DNA of 64,000 nucleotides from an uncultured virus (IMG/VR IMGVR_UViG_3300037440_000397) (taxonomy: Duplodnaviria > Heunggongvirae > Uroviricota > Caudoviricetes): positions 1 to 64,000 of the IMG/VR virus record IMGVR_UViG_3300037440_000397; one strand, written 5' to 3'. The notes below the pieces were generated by a model. It was not told the DNA's origin, made no database searches, and was given only the letters and a program-made list of their open reading frames with translations. The position numbers and the translations under genes are program-made. Shown here piece by piece: positions 9,681 to 19,531 of this stretch; the first letter of the stretch is position 1; every line of letters begins with the position of its first letter.

Positions 9681-10729
9681 GACGCCACCCCTAGCGCGGC
9701 CTCGACCCGCCCGGCTGCCTCGTCGAGAACAACCTCGGCGAGGGGCGGCGGCATGGCGTTGCCGATCTGCAGGGAGATCTGGCCCTTGTTGCCCTGGAAG
9801 CGGTAGCCGTCCGGGAACCCCTGGAGGCGCGCGAGTTCAGGCAGCGTCACCCGCACGGTGCCCTCGGTGAACTGCCGCTCCCCGCCTGCCCGGTTGCGGT
9901 GCCCAGGCGGGGCGATCCGGCTGTCCGCGCACACAGTCGTGGCCGGCCGTTGCCATGCCCAGTGCCCGGGGTCGTCCATTGCGGCGCGCATCGCCGCGCG
10001 GGAGGTGGACGACCAGGGTTCGGCGCCTCCGCCCTCCGTGCCGCCGCCGGTCACTGTGGGCGCGGGCCGGGTGGTGTAGCCCCAGCCGAGCGCCTCGGCC
10101 ATCGTGACCCACGGCTGGCCCCAGAACTGGAGGCCCTTGCGCGGGTCGTAATGGGTGGCCTCCGGGCGGCCGACTCTGCGGGCACAGGAGGCGATCAGGA
10201 TCGCTCGGCGGCGGCCCTGGCCGAGGCCGTAGTCCGCGGTGTTGAGGATGCCGGCCCAGACGCTGTAGCCCCAGCTTGTGAGGATGCTGGCGTACTGCTG
10301 CCAGAGCGGCAGCACCGCGGGGACTTCCTCCATCGCGATCCACTCAGGCCGCAGGTCGGCATGCCAGCGCATCGGCTCGGCGGCGAGCAGTGACCGCGGG
10401 TCCTTGCATGCGGTGAGGAGCCTGGCGCGCGTGTCCCGGCCGGCTGCGAGGTCTTCGACGGCCTGGTGTACGAGCGGCTGATCTTCGAGGCCGAGTTGGT
10501 GCCCGGACTGTGACCAGGCCTGGCAGGGCGGGGAGTCGACCTTGCCGGTGATGCGGCCGCGGAACGGTGCGGTCGGGTAGGCGGTGACGTCGCAGCGGAT
10601 GGTGGGGTGGCCTTCGGCGGCGCGGGTGGCGCACGCCCACTGGTCGAGTTCCATGCCGACGTGCGGGGTGGGGCGGTCGCGGAGTGCGACGGCCCAGCCT
10701 CCGGGGCCGCCGAAGCCTTCGAGGATCAT
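9677..10729 (-). CDS. DNA cytosine-C5 methyltransferase
   Basis: FGGPGG, SPPCQ, EEV (ENV variant), QGRRR, RLQGFP, QIGNA. Confidence 0.9.
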   Translation of the reverse strand: MILEGFGGPGGWAVALRDRPTPHVGMELDQWACATRAAEGHPTIRCDVTAYPTAPFRGRITGKVDSPPCQAWSQSGHQLGLEDQPLVHQAVEDLAAGRDTRARLLTACKDPRSLLAAEPMRWHADLRPEWIAMEEVPAVLPLWQQYASILTSWGYSVWAGILNTADYGLGQGRRRAILIASCARRVGRPEATHYDPRKGLQFWGQPWVTMAEALGWGYTTRPAPTVTGGGTEGGGAEPWSSTSRAAMRAAMDDPGHWAWQRPATTVCADSRIAPPGHRNRAGGERQFTEGTVRVTLPELARLQGFPDGYRFQGNKGQISLQIGNAMPPPLAEVVLDEAAGRVEAALGVAS

Positions 10730-10998
10730 TCGGTGCCCTCCTGCTCGCGGTGTTCGTGGATGGCGGTGCGGAGCCGGTCGAGGCTGGCGGGGTCGGGTGT
10801 GGCCCAGATGAGTTCGCACTCGTCCTGCCAGCCCGCATCAATGCCGCGCGCGGTGTCGTCGAGGGCGAGACCGCGGGTGGGTTCGTCGTCCTCGGCGGTG
10901 GTCTGTTCGCCCTCCCAGGCGGTGAGGATCTGCCACGCCAGGGCGAGCGCGGCGAAGACGGCGATCGTGGTGATGGTGAGGGCCTGACTGGTGCTCAC
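10726..10998 (-). CDS. Membrane-anchored hypothetical protein
   Basis: N-terminal hydrophobic helix. Confidence 0.55.
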   Translation of the reverse strand: MSTSQALTITTIAVFAALALAWQILTAWEGEQTTAEDDEPTRGLALDDTARGIDAGWQDECELIWATPDPASLDRLRTAIHEHREQEGTE

Positions 10999-11615
10999 CG
11001 CGCGATCACCTGCTCGCGCTCCGGCCACTGGCAGCCAGCCAGCGCCGCAGCATGCTTGGCCGGAACCTCAGCCAGCGGGTGACCGAGCCAGTGCAGGCCC
11101 ATCGCCAACATCACGTAGGCGTCCGCCTCGTCGGACTTCGCGGTGCCCTCGGTGTGGATGCCGTACCGCTCGCCGACCGCCGCGCGGACCAGCGCTTTGA
11201 GCGCGGTCCCCTTCAGCCGGACGTTGTTCTCGTCGTAGTGCACGGTCGTGCCGGTCGCGTAGGTGATCCGCTTGGACGGCGTGATCACGGTGTAGGGGAT
11301 GCCGTGTTTCCATAGGTCGTGGCGGACCATCCACCGCATCGCGGCCAGTGCGTCGGCGCCCTGGTTGTTCTTGGAGTAGGCGGCGCCTTCGATGACGACG
11401 AAGTCCGCGTTGCGGTAGAAGGAGGCGAGGCCAGCGAGTTGGGCGGCGAAGCGCTCGTGCTGGCTGTCGGAGGTGCAGCGGACGTGGTCGGTCCAGCCGA
11501 CTCCGGCGACGCCGGAGATGCCCATGGCGACGTCGAGGCCGATGACGAGGGGCCGGGGCCCGGTCGCCGTGGTGGCGGCCGGAACCTGCGGGGTGAGCTC
11601 GAACAAGGTCGTCAT
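10995..11615 (-). CDS. RuvC-like Holliday junction resolvase
   Basis: IGLD...SG, VVIE, DEADA acidic motifs. Confidence 0.8.
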   Translation of the reverse strand: MTTLFELTPQVPAATTATGPRPLVIGLDVAMGISGVAGVGWTDHVRCTSDSQHERFAAQLAGLASFYRNADFVVIEGAAYSKNNQGADALAAMRWMVRHDLWKHGIPYTVITPSKRITYATGTTVHYDENNVRLKGTALKALVRAAVGERYGIHTEGTAKSDEADAYVMLAMGLHWLGHPLAEVPAKHAAALAGCQWPEREQVIAR

Positions 11616-11899
11616 GCGGCACCTGCCGGAGTCGTAGCCCCGCAGTCCCAGCAGCGCCGGGACGTGTCGCGGTTGACGGCGTGGGCGGTGGCCCGCTCGC
11701 AGCGCGGGCAGTCGGCGTCCTCGTGGGTGGCGATCTCGTCCGCGTCGAGGAGCTGTGTCAGCTCCGTCTCGTTGAGGACCACGTGCGGGATCGGCACCGT
11801 CTGTTCGACGAGCGGCTCATCAGGCAGCAGCACGGGCTTTGGCCGGTGTCGGCCGGTGGGGGCGACGATCTGCCGCAGGACACGCAGTGGGCTGGTCAC
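11612..11899 (-). CDS. Zinc-ribbon protein
   Basis: CPRC...CWDC. Confidence 0.6.
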   Translation of the reverse strand: MTSPLRVLRQIVAPTGRHRPKPVLLPDEPLVEQTVPIPHVVLNETELTQLLDADEIATHEDADCPRCERATAHAVNRDTSRRCWDCGATTPAGAA

Positions 11900-12261
11900 G
11901 AGACGTCCGCCTCCTTCCGGGGGTGGGGCTTGTCCATGCGCCGCGACTGCCAGGCCGCGCCCGCGCGGACGGCGGGATCGTTGAGGCCGAGGGCGTCGTC
12001 GAGCTGCTGCTCCAAGTGCTCGATCCGGCGCTCCAGGCCGGCCATGTGGGCGACGTCGGTGCTGTCGTCGAGGCGGCGGGCCAGTTCCGTGTTGCGGCCT
12101 TGAAGGCGCAGGTTCGCGGCGTGGAGGACGGCGTTCCGGGCGGCGAGGACGCGCCGCTCGCCTTCTGCGTCGTCGTGGCGCGCCTCGGTGTCCAGAACGC
12201 GTTGGCGTAGCTCGGCGATCTCGGCGTCGCGCAGACGGCGGGTGACGAATGGCCAGTTCAC
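11896..12261 (-). CDS. Coiled-coil hypothetical protein
   Basis: Heptad-rich; GTGA overlaps. Confidence 0.6.
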   Translation of the reverse strand: MNWPFVTRRLRDAEIAELRQRVLDTEARHDDAEGERRVLAARNAVLHAANLRLQGRNTELARRLDDSTDVAHMAGLERRIEHLEQQLDDALGLNDPAVRAGAAWQSRRMDKPHPRKEADVS

Positions 12262-12563
12262 AGGTCGGCTCCTTCCAGGCGTGCGAGCTCGATCTGCAGG
12301 TCGACTCCGGCGTCGGTGAGGGCCTGCTGGAGTGCGTCGGCGAACGCCTGCGGGCTTTGCCACGCGGTCGACGGATGACCCGCGGCGGCGATGCGGGAGG
12401 CGATGACGTCCTTCGCGCGGGACAGCTCCCCGGCCACCTGACCGAGCGCGCGGCCGGTCGCGTCGGCGTCCGCCTTCCAGGCGTCCCGGTCTGCGATGAG
12501 TGCCTCGTTGCGGGTGGCGAGGCTGCGGACGCGTTCTTCGAGGCGGCGACGGGACACGATCAC
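12258..12563 (-). CDS. Coiled-coil hypothetical protein
   Basis: GTGA overlaps. Confidence 0.6.
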   Translation of the reverse strand: MIVSRRRLEERVRSLATRNEALIADRDAWKADADATGRALGQVAGELSRAKDVIASRIAAAGHPSTAWQSPQAFADALQQALTDAGVDLQIELARLEGADL

Positions 12564-13285
12564 GTCGCACCCCCACGCTGAGCCGGAATCAGTGGCCACT
12601 CCGGTGCGCAGTACGCCTCCGGATCCGACTTCCGCAGGAAGGCTTGCAACCCGGTCTGCTGCTCCGCTCGCCACGCCTTCTGAGCCGCGTACAACTGCTG
12701 CGGGCCCATCGCTGCGAGTTGCGGGTGGTAGTCGAACTGGGCGTCCGTCAGCAGCAGCGCGGCGAGCGCGTCAGCCTCCGCGGTGTGCCAGTCGGTGAGG
12801 GCGACGCCGTAGCGTTCGCACGTCGGCTTCAACTTCCGCAGCCCGGCCCCGCGGAGCCGCTGGACGCACTGCCGGTCGATGACGTGCGGGTCCAGCAGTG
12901 TGAGCGGCTCGCCGTCGAGATGCTCGGCCATCGTCGGCAGGCCGTGCCGTACGAGGTCGTAGTGGAGGATGCTCCAGTCGAACGACTGGTTGAACGCGAT
13001 GACCGGCATGCCGTAGGCCAGGGCCTCGGCGAGGCGTCCGGCGATCTCGTCGAGCGTGGTCTTCGGGTCGGTGCCCTCGGCTTGCGCTCGCTCGTCGGTG
13101 ATCCCGTGCACGGCACTCGCGGCCGGCGGGATCGGAACCTTCGGATCGATCAGATAGGAGAAGGTTCGGTCGGGGAGCCCGCCGCCGCGTACGACCAGAG
13201 CAGCCGTCACAATGCGGGCCTCAGTCGGACTTACCGACGTAGTTTCCGTGTCCCACGCAAGTCGACGAAGCTGATTGAAGTTCAT
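12560..13285 (-). CDS. DnaQ-like DEDDh 3'-5' exonuclease
   Basis: WDTETT, FNQSFD, HTAEADA. Confidence 0.9.
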   Translation of the reverse strand: MNFNQLRRLAWDTETTSVSPTEARIVTAALVVRGGGLPDRTFSYLIDPKVPIPPAASAVHGITDERAQAEGTDPKTTLDEIAGRLAEALAYGMPVIAFNQSFDWSILHYDLVRHGLPTMAEHLDGEPLTLLDPHVIDRQCVQRLRGAGLRKLKPTCERYGVALTDWHTAEADALAALLLTDAQFDYHPQLAAMGPQQLYAAQKAWRAEQQTGLQAFLRKSDPEAYCAPEWPLIPAQRGGAT

Positions 13286-13809
13286 GCGGACGTGCCCTTC
13301 GGAAGGAACCGGCCGGTCTCGGGGTCGTGTCGACTACCCGCGTACGCCGACGGGCGACGGTTCTTGGCTTGCGTGGAGTAGTCCGTCCAGCGGACGTTGT
13401 CCGGCTCGTAGCCGCGGTCGTTGTCGATGCGGTCGAGAGTCATGCCGGATGGCCGGTCACCGACGTCAGTAAGGAAGTTGGCGAAGTCCCGCCACCGCTC
13501 GCACACGGTGATCCCACGACCGCCGTAATCGGCCCACCTCTTATGCGTGGGGCGCGTGCAGCGGCCGACGAGGTCGGTCCACGTCATGTAGATGGAGGTG
13601 CCGCTGTAGCCGTGCCTGGTGTGCCGTGCGAGGAGGATCTCACTACGCAGGCACCCGCAGGACTGTGTGCGCCCCCATTGCCCGAGAGGGAGGGAGTGGT
13701 CCTTGCCGCAGTCGCACCGGCACTGGATGCGCGGCTCACACGGGTTGCGCTGGACGGTGACGACGAGGCGGCCGTATCGCTCGCCAGCGGGGATGATGCG
13801 CGGGGTCAC
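13282..13809 (-). CDS. Free-standing HNH homing-type endonuclease
   Basis: CRCDCG...SCGC, YGGRGITVCERW, TLDRIDNDRGYEPDNVRW. Confidence 0.85.
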   Translation of the reverse strand: MTPRIIPAGERYGRLVVTVQRNPCEPRIQCRCDCGKDHSLPLGQWGRTQSCGCLRSEILLARHTRHGYSGTSIYMTWTDLVGRCTRPTHKRWADYGGRGITVCERWRDFANFLTDVGDRPSGMTLDRIDNDRGYEPDNVRWTDYSTQAKNRRPSAYAGSRHDPETGRFLPKGTSA

Positions 13810-14324
13810 TCGGCACCGCCTGTGGTGATCTGCGGCAGCGCGAGGTGCGAGAGCGCCCCGGATCGCCAGGCCTCGGCGATGGCCTCGCGGCCGCCGTCGA
13901 CCGGCCGCACCGAATGCGTACGGCCGCGGGTCGCCTTGATCTCCACGCCTGGCACGTCGAAGACTTCGCCGGTCTCCTTGTCGGCCCACTGCGCAGTGCC
14001 GGCCGCGGTCATCTCCGCGAGGAGCGCGGTGGTGTACGCGGGCCGGACCTCGATGACGAGGCGGGAGACGATGTTGGCGGGACTGTGCTCGCGGACCCAG
14101 GCGAGGAACTTGTCCGGGTCGGTCACGGTGGCAGCGGGCTTCGGTTCGGTGCGGGAGATGGTGGCGACCTTCGTACCGTCGGGGAGCTTGGCGGTGACGC
14201 GGGTGGCGCCGTTGGTGTCGAGGGCTTCCTGCATTTCGGCCTTCACCGCCTTGAGGCGGTCGCCGATCGCATCGACGAGGCTCTTCAGCGCGGCCTCTTC
14301 GAGCGCGAGTTGCTGCATGTCCAT
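13806..14324 (-). CDS. Recombination-module hypothetical protein
   Basis: Follows recT; coiled-coil N-terminus. Confidence 0.65.
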   Translation of the reverse strand: MDMQQLALEEAALKSLVDAIGDRLKAVKAEMQEALDTNGATRVTAKLPDGTKVATISRTEPKPAATVTDPDKFLAWVREHSPANIVSRLVIEVRPAYTTALLAEMTAAGTAQWADKETGEVFDVPGVEIKATRGRTHSVRPVDGGREAIAEAWRSGALSHLALPQITTGGAE

Positions 14325-14386
14325 GTGGTCTCCTGGAAGGCGGGGCGCCCTCGATTGCCGCGAGGGCGCCCCGTGTTCGGGGTGGG

Positions 14387-15445
14387 TCAGGCGGCGCTGT
14401 TGCGGAGCTGTGCGGTGAAGCCGCGGATCGCGGCAGGGGACACGTCGTCGAGCGGCGCCCCGAGGGCGGGATAGGCGGCGGCGTCGATGTCCGTGATGCC
14501 GTTCTCGGCGGCGAATTGCCGCAGCTCGGCTACGGCGGCGGCGTGCTCGTCGGGCGCGGGCTCGTCGACGGTCTCGACGTCCACCACGTCGCCGTCGTCG
14601 CCGGCCGGGGCCTGCTCGGCGGCCGCCTTCTGCTTCCCGATCTCCACGATCTGTGCGAGGTACTCCGGCACCGCGCCGTCGGCTGCGGCCTCGCGGTAGA
14701 TGCCGCGTACTGCCTCGGCGTCCGGTGCTTCGCTCGCCTCGTGGAGGTAGTCGCGGCCCTGCGCCGCCGTCTGCGGGGCGGGCGTTTGCTGGACGGCGTG
14801 CAACTGCTGCACTGGCGCAACCGGCGGCTCTACCGGGTGGCCGTCCTGGTCCACCCACGCGCCGACTTCCTCCGGCGTGTAGATCGCGCCGTGCAGGACC
14901 TCGGGGCACGCCGTGCGTACGCACTCGGAGATGGCGCGCGCCCGCAGCATCGCCCGCGGGTACTTCTCCCAGTTCTGCTTCTCGCCCTTCTGGCTCCGGG
15001 AGTAAGGGCGGTTGTTGCGGAGCTCGCACAGTCCGGCGGTGACTGCGTCGTCGTAGGTCCAGGTGATGACGTTCTCGAACTCGGGGTCGTCGGACCGCCA
15101 GATGCTGACGGTGCACTGGCCCGGCTCCTGCCGGATGCGGACCTTGTGGCCGGCGTCCCGGGCTCGGGACAGCATGAGGTCGGCGGACTGGGTGGGCTTG
15201 CCCTTGATGACGTGGATGGTGTTGATCGTCGTCACGACGTCGAGGCCGAGGGCGCGGCCGTACTCCATGGCCCACAGCACGGAGGCGGGGTTGCGGCGGT
15301 AGGCGTCGGGCAGGAGCGGAGTGTCGGCGAGGGACTGGCAGAACAGCCACGCCTCGTGCGGGCTCATGTGGCCGAGGGAGAGGGCGCCGCCGCGTTGGGC
15401 GATGGCGGGCGCGTTGCCCTGGCGCTTGACGATTTCGGCGTTCAC
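14387..15445 (-). CDS. recT: RecT-like ssDNA annealing protein
   Basis: LLPDAY...GRALGL...IHVIKGKP...WEKYPRAML.ARA...YTPEE. Confidence 0.8.
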   Translation of the reverse strand: MNAEIVKRQGNAPAIAQRGGALSLGHMSPHEAWLFCQSLADTPLLPDAYRRNPASVLWAMEYGRALGLDVVTTINTIHVIKGKPTQSADLMLSRARDAGHKVRIRQEPGQCTVSIWRSDDPEFENVITWTYDDAVTAGLCELRNNRPYSRSQKGEKQNWEKYPRAMLRARAISECVRTACPEVLHGAIYTPEEVGAWVDQDGHPVEPPVAPVQQLHAVQQTPAPQTAAQGRDYLHEASEAPDAEAVRGIYREAAADGAVPEYLAQIVEIGKQKAAAEQAPAGDDGDVVDVETVDEPAPDEHAAAVAELRQFAAENGITDIDAAAYPALGAPLDDVSPAAIRGFTAQLRNSAA

Positions 15446-15831
15446 TTGCTGCCGTCCTTCCGGGTGGTGCGGGAGGCGCGGGTGTAGAACCTCACGCCGG
15501 CGGTGTCGTGTTGGGTGATGGCGCCGGAGTCGCGGAGGGTCGCGAGGTCGTGGCGTGCCGCCCGGACGTCGAGCCCGGTGAGGCCTTGGGTCTGGTACCA
15601 GCGGGCGACGTCGCCGGACTTCCACCGGCCGCCGTCGAAGGTGATTTCGTGGAGGAGGCGGGCGCGGCGGTTGGTGTCGGTGGGAGTGGCCGTCGGCGCC
15701 TGGGCGCTGGCCTTCTCCTCGGTCTTGGTCGCCCGCTCGGCGTCGTAGTTCGCGAGGAGCTTCCCGACCAGCTCGGCGTTGCCGTCGTAGTAGACGGTCA
15801 GCGCGTGCTCGATCACACTGCGGGCGCTCAT
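15442..15831 (-). CDS. Winged-helix hypothetical protein
   Basis: ARHDLATLRDSG wHTH-like segment. Confidence 0.6.
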   Translation of the reverse strand: MSARSVIEHALTVYYDGNAELVGKLLANYDAERATKTEEKASAQAPTATPTDTNRRARLLHEITFDGGRWKSGDVARWYQTQGLTGLDVRAARHDLATLRDSGAITQHDTAGVRFYTRASRTTRKDGSK

Positions 15832-16208
15832 TCGTCGGCCTCCGGGTCGTACTTGGCGGCGACTTCCAGGGCGGTCACGACGTAGCCCGTCGTGCACTCC
15901 TCGCCGCCGACCCAAGCGGTCATCTCGGCGACGCCGTCCTCTTCGTCCTCGATCCAGTCGAGGCTGCTGTCCGGCTGGTCGCGGCGCTCGTACGCCTCGC
16001 AGTGCTCGCGGGCAGCCTCGGCCGTGGTGTAGAGGCCGAACACGATCGAGTCGTGGGAGGCCCGGAACACCGTCAGCGGGCCGGTCTGCTGCTCGGCGAG
16101 GACCTCGTCACGGAACGCATCGAGCATCGAGCCGATGCGCTCCCAGCGGGAGGACATCTCATGAAGGCCCTCGCCGAGGGCGGCTTCGAGTTCATCGCGG
16201 GCGCTCAC
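15828..16208 (-). CDS. Hypothetical phage protein
   Basis: Coupled ORF. Confidence 0.6.
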   Translation of the reverse strand: MSARDELEAALGEGLHEMSSRWERIGSMLDAFRDEVLAEQQTGPLTVFRASHDSIVFGLYTTAEAAREHCEAYERRDQPDSSLDWIEDEEDGVAEMTAWVGGEECTTGYVVTALEVAAKYDPEADE

Positions 16209-16648
16209 GCTGTCCGCCTCCCGTCCTGCTCCGGAAGCGGGTTCGCCTTCAGGTGACGGCGGGTCGCCGCGTGCGACGGATGCTTGATCAGCGACGCGCC
16301 CTGCGACCGCTCCGGGTTGAAGCGGGACAGCGACCGCTCCACCTCGGCCAGTTCAGCGGCCAGACGGTGCACGTCCCGGATCGAGACTTCGACCTGCGCC
16401 GTGTCCATCCCGGCGACGTCCTCGACCTCTTCCAGCACGGCATCCAACTCGCCCTCACGGGCCACGCCCTGCACGACAGCGGCCAGTTCGTCGAGTGCGT
16501 CGAGGACCTGGTCGCGGGTGTCGGGGTCACCCCACTTGGCGACGAGGGAGACGAGGGTGTCGGTACGGATGGCGTCGAACCGGGCGACGCCGTGGAGGTG
16601 GTTGGAGCCGAGGTGGAACGACTGCTGCGGCTTCGACGAGTGGTTCAT
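16205..16648 (-). CDS. Hypothetical phage protein
   Basis: Coupled ORF, ATG at 16648. Confidence 0.6.
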   Translation of the reverse strand: MNHSSKPQQSFHLGSNHLHGVARFDAIRTDTLVSLVAKWGDPDTRDQVLDALDELAAVVQGVAREGELDAVLEEVEDVAGMDTAQVEVSIRDVHRLAAELAEVERSLSRFNPERSQGASLIKHPSHAATRRHLKANPLPEQDGRRTA

Positions 16649-16899
16649 CGGGCGCTCTCCTCGGTGATGTAGTCGACGGGGCGCACCGAACGCTGCGTCC
16701 ACGAGAACCGGCCGCCTCGGGCCGTCCGGCGCTGCATCAGCCGCAGCACACCGTGGTGGTACTCGTCCCAGCGGTGCTCCCACTCGCCGGCCTTCTGGTG
16801 CTGGGACTCGGCGGCGAGCGCGTAGGCCTGCGCCAGTTCCAGGCTCGGCGTGGCGGCAGTCGGGAATTCGCCGACCATGACGACGTAGACGGTCTTCAT
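16645..16899 (-). CDS. Hypothetical phage protein
   Basis: Coupled ORF, ATG at 16899. Confidence 0.6.
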   Translation of the reverse strand: MKTVYVVMVGEFPTAATPSLELAQAYALAAESQHQKAGEWEHRWDEYHHGVLRLMQRRTARGGRFSWTQRSVRPVDYITEESAR

Positions 16900-17234
16900 C
16901 GGGTTGCCTCCGGGCGGGTGGTGAGGAGGATGAGGAGCGCGGCCATGTCCCGGCACGCTTCGCGGGCGGTGAACAGCGCGTGCCACACCCAGGCCGCGAC
17001 CGGGGCCAACTGGTGGTGGGCGGAGGCGTACGCGCGGTTCAGGTTGTTGCCCGCGCACACGGCGCCCTCGTGCACCGTCCTGGCCGTACGGCGCAGAGCG
17101 GGGCGCGGGTCGAGGTCGCAGTCCAGCAGCGGTTCGAACAGCAGCAGCCACAGCAGCCAGCCGGTGGCGGTGATACCGGTGCCAAGCGACAAGAACGCCG
17201 CCCACTCAGACAGGTCGTGGGTCTGGTAGCTCAT
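16896..17234 (-). CDS. Membrane protein
   Basis: Hydrophobic segments. Confidence 0.6.
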   Translation of the reverse strand: MSYQTHDLSEWAAFLSLGTGITATGWLLWLLLFEPLLDCDLDPRPALRRTARTVHEGAVCAGNNLNRAYASAHHQLAPVAAWVWHALFTAREACRDMAALLILLTTRPEATR

Positions 17235-17647
17235 GCGCCACCACCCGTCTCGGCCATCGCCTTACGCCGACGGCGGCCAGCCCGGTACTCGTTGATCGCG
17301 ATGCGGTTCGCCTCGCGGCACTCCTCGCACCGACAGGCGTGGTTGCGGTAGGTCGTCGACTTGCCGTGCCCCGCCCGGTCAGCGCTGGACGGGTCGGCCT
17401 TCCACTTGGCCCGCAGCTCTGCGGCGTACACGCGGTATGCCTCGCGGCAGGCGGCGCAGCGGCAGCCCTTGTTGTAGGTGCGGTGGTCGCCGTGCCCGTG
17501 GTCCACCGGCGGCCGGCCGGGCTTCCGCTTCGGCTTCGGCGGGGTGATGTCGAGCATGGCGAGCAACTCGCGGCAGTCGTCGGCGTCGCGGGCGTGGTCG
17601 GCCACGGTGAGCGCGGCACGGCGGGTGGTGTCAGCCACGACCGTCAC
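17231..17647 (-). CDS. Protein with two HG-x4-Y-x4-CRCxxC zinc motifs
   Basis: HGDHRTYNKGCRCAAC and HGKSTTYRNHACRCEEC. Confidence 0.7.
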   Translation of the reverse strand: MTVVADTTRRAALTVADHARDADDCRELLAMLDITPPKPKRKPGRPPVDHGHGDHRTYNKGCRCAACREAYRVYAAELRAKWKADPSSADRAGHGKSTTYRNHACRCEECREANRIAINEYRAGRRRRKAMAETGGGA

Positions 17648-18371
17648 CGCCCGTCTCGGGCTCGACGTCGGCCCCGGTCAGGCCGCAGGTGCAGCCCGGC
17701 GACTTCGGGAACCGGCACGGCACAGGATGCGCGGGCTCGGGCAGGTCGTGCGAGACCCGGTAGTTGTGGTGCAGCGGCGACTCGTACGCGTCCTCACGCA
17801 ACACCTGTGACGGCGCCAGCAGCCGCGTCAGCCTGTCCGCCGACACCTCCACCGACGAGCCCGCGACGAACCCCTCACACACGCAGAGCCGGATCGGGTC
17901 GCCGTGCCCCTTAGGCAGGCGCGCCCAGCACTTCGTGTCCCCGTGGTGATGCTCGGCACCGGAGTGACCGCAGCGCGCGCAGGCCGCGTCACGCGGCGGC
18001 AGCAGACGACTGACGTACGGCGGGTCGCAGTCCTTCGCCCCCGCCAACCGCGCCGTCGGACACGGGAACGGAACCGTGTAGTCCTCACCCCGGCCCATCG
18101 CATCCGCGTCGACACACACCGGGCACGGACCCATCGGCGAGTCAGTGTGCAGATGCCGGATTGCCTTCGCCGCGGCCTCCAACTCGGCGACCCGAGCCCG
18201 CAGCGTCTCCAGCTCGGCCGCCGTCTCCGGCGACTGCACCAACTGCGCGTCAGCGAGCCGATCCGCCATCGCCGCGTACAGATCGGACGGCTTCTTGTTG
18301 TAGCCGTTCCAGTGCAGGCTCACGCCCGCGATCGTGTTCGCGACCGTCCGCTTCAGGTGCTCGGCGCTCAT
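17631..18371 (-). CDS. Cys/His-rich hypothetical protein
   Basis: CPVC...FPCPT; CARCGH...C. Confidence 0.6.
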   Translation of the reverse strand: MSAEHLKRTVANTIAGVSLHWNGYNKKPSDLYAAMADRLADAQLVQSPETAAELETLRARVAELEAAAKAIRHLHTDSPMGPCPVCVDADAMGRGEDYTVPFPCPTARLAGAKDCDPPYVSRLLPPRDAACARCGHSGAEHHHGDTKCWARLPKGHGDPIRLCVCEGFVAGSSVEVSADRLTRLLAPSQVLREDAYESPLHHNYRVSHDLPEPAHPVPCRFPKSPGCTCGLTGADVEPETGGDGRG

Positions 18372-18667
18372 GCCGGCACCCCCGCCGCGTCCGCGTCCAG
18401 CGCCGCCAGCAACATCCGCAGCCGGATCTCCAACGTCACCGCCGCCCGGACCATGGCCTCGCGGTCATGGATGTTCGCACCCTGCTGCACGGCCAAGTCC
18501 TCCCGCGCAAGACGCACCGCGAGGTCCAGCGGCGGCGCATACGCATCGGACGGCAGCGGCTGATACAGCGCCTCCACCGGCGGGACAGCCTTCGGCCGCG
18601 CCTGCGGCTTCTGCGCCAGCGTCATCACGGCGATCGACGCGCCGGGGAGATCAGTAGGATTACTCAA
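18368..18667 (-). CDS. Hypothetical phage protein
   Basis: Coupled ORF. Confidence 0.55.
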   Translation of the reverse strand: MSNPTDLPGASIAVMTLAQKPQARPKAVPPVEALYQPLPSDAYAPPLDLAVRLAREDLAVQQGANIHDREAMVRAAVTLEIRLRMLLAALDADAAGVPA

Positions 18668-18752
18668 GGTGATCCACTTCCTTCTCTGGGTTCAGTGGGT
18701 TGCCGAGGGGCTGTCGGGACCGGGCATGGTCCGGGCGGCCCCGTCTTCTTGG

Positions 18753-19010
18753 TCAGGCGGCCGACGTGCGCTCCCGGCGCCTACGCGCCGACTCCAGCCC
18801 CATCCGCCTGAAGTGCGCCCGCCGCAGGTTCTCTGCGACCTTCGCGATGAACTCGTCACCGGCGTCCGGGTGCAGCTCGCGGGCCTGCTTCTCGAAGCGG
18901 GCTTCGGCGGCGCGGTTGCCGGGTGCGGTGCGGGCGGTGCGGTCGGGGGTTTTCGCCCAGCTCATCTCTGCGCCGAGTTGGGCGCGGAGCCGGCGTTCTT
19001 CGGCGTTCAT
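18753..19010 (-). CDS. Conserved actinobacterial MGE protein (SWAKTPDRTART)
   Basis: Recognisable motif; follows cro. Confidence 0.7.
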   Translation of the reverse strand: MNAEERRLRAQLGAEMSWAKTPDRTARTAPGNRAAEARFEKQARELHPDAGDEFIAKVAENLRRAHFRRMGLESARRRRERTSAA

Positions 19011-19291
19011 CTCTCTTCTTCCTCCGTGTTCGCGTTCTTGAACGTGTATGCGATGGGCGTGAAAAGCCAGCCCTGTTCGGCGTCGACTTCGTTGAGGACG
19101 GCGTGCATCTTGCTCTGAGGGAGCTTGGGCTGCCGTCCGTGGATCATGTGCCAGATTTTGCTTTTGCTGATGCCGGTTGCGTCGGCGAGGCTGCGTGCCG
19201 TGTGGCGGCGGCCGTTTTCGGTAGGGCCTCGCATGAGCCGCTTCAGGAGCGGGGCGTTTGTGAGGCGGTAGATGGGTTCGGCGTCGGGCAC
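19007..19291 (-). CDS. Cro-like XRE HTH regulator
   Basis: TARSLADATGISKSKIWHMIHG; first gene of the leftward early operon. Confidence 0.8.
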   Translation of the reverse strand: MPDAEPIYRLTNAPLLKRLMRGPTENGRRHTARSLADATGISKSKIWHMIHGRQPKLPQSKMHAVLNEVDAEQGWLFTPIAYTFKNANTEEEER

Positions 19292-19304
19292 CAGTTCCTC
19301 CCGT

Positions 19305-19460
19305 GGCGTCCACGTTCGTGAACATGAACAAGCTAAGCATGGCGTTGCTCTGCTGTCCAGTGCTGTGCGGGAATCGTCCGATCCTGTCCCCGTTTTCCGT
19401 AGCGTTCGGCTTGAACATTCGAGGCTGGGGGCGCGTGAGTGTTCTTGAACGTGGACAATG
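19305..19460. promoter_or_regulatory. Lysis/lysogeny switch: divergent promoters and GTTCnnGAAC operators
   Basis: Inverted pair TGTTCnnGAACGTGGAC at about 19308-19324 (minus) and 19440-19456 (plus); minus-strand TGGACA-N18-TAGCTT promoter. Confidence 0.6.
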
Positions 19461-19531
19461 ACGCTGACTCGGGCGGAGGTTCGCCCCCCACACCGACCAA
19501 CCCGCCGGCCCCCGCAAGCGAGGACACGACC

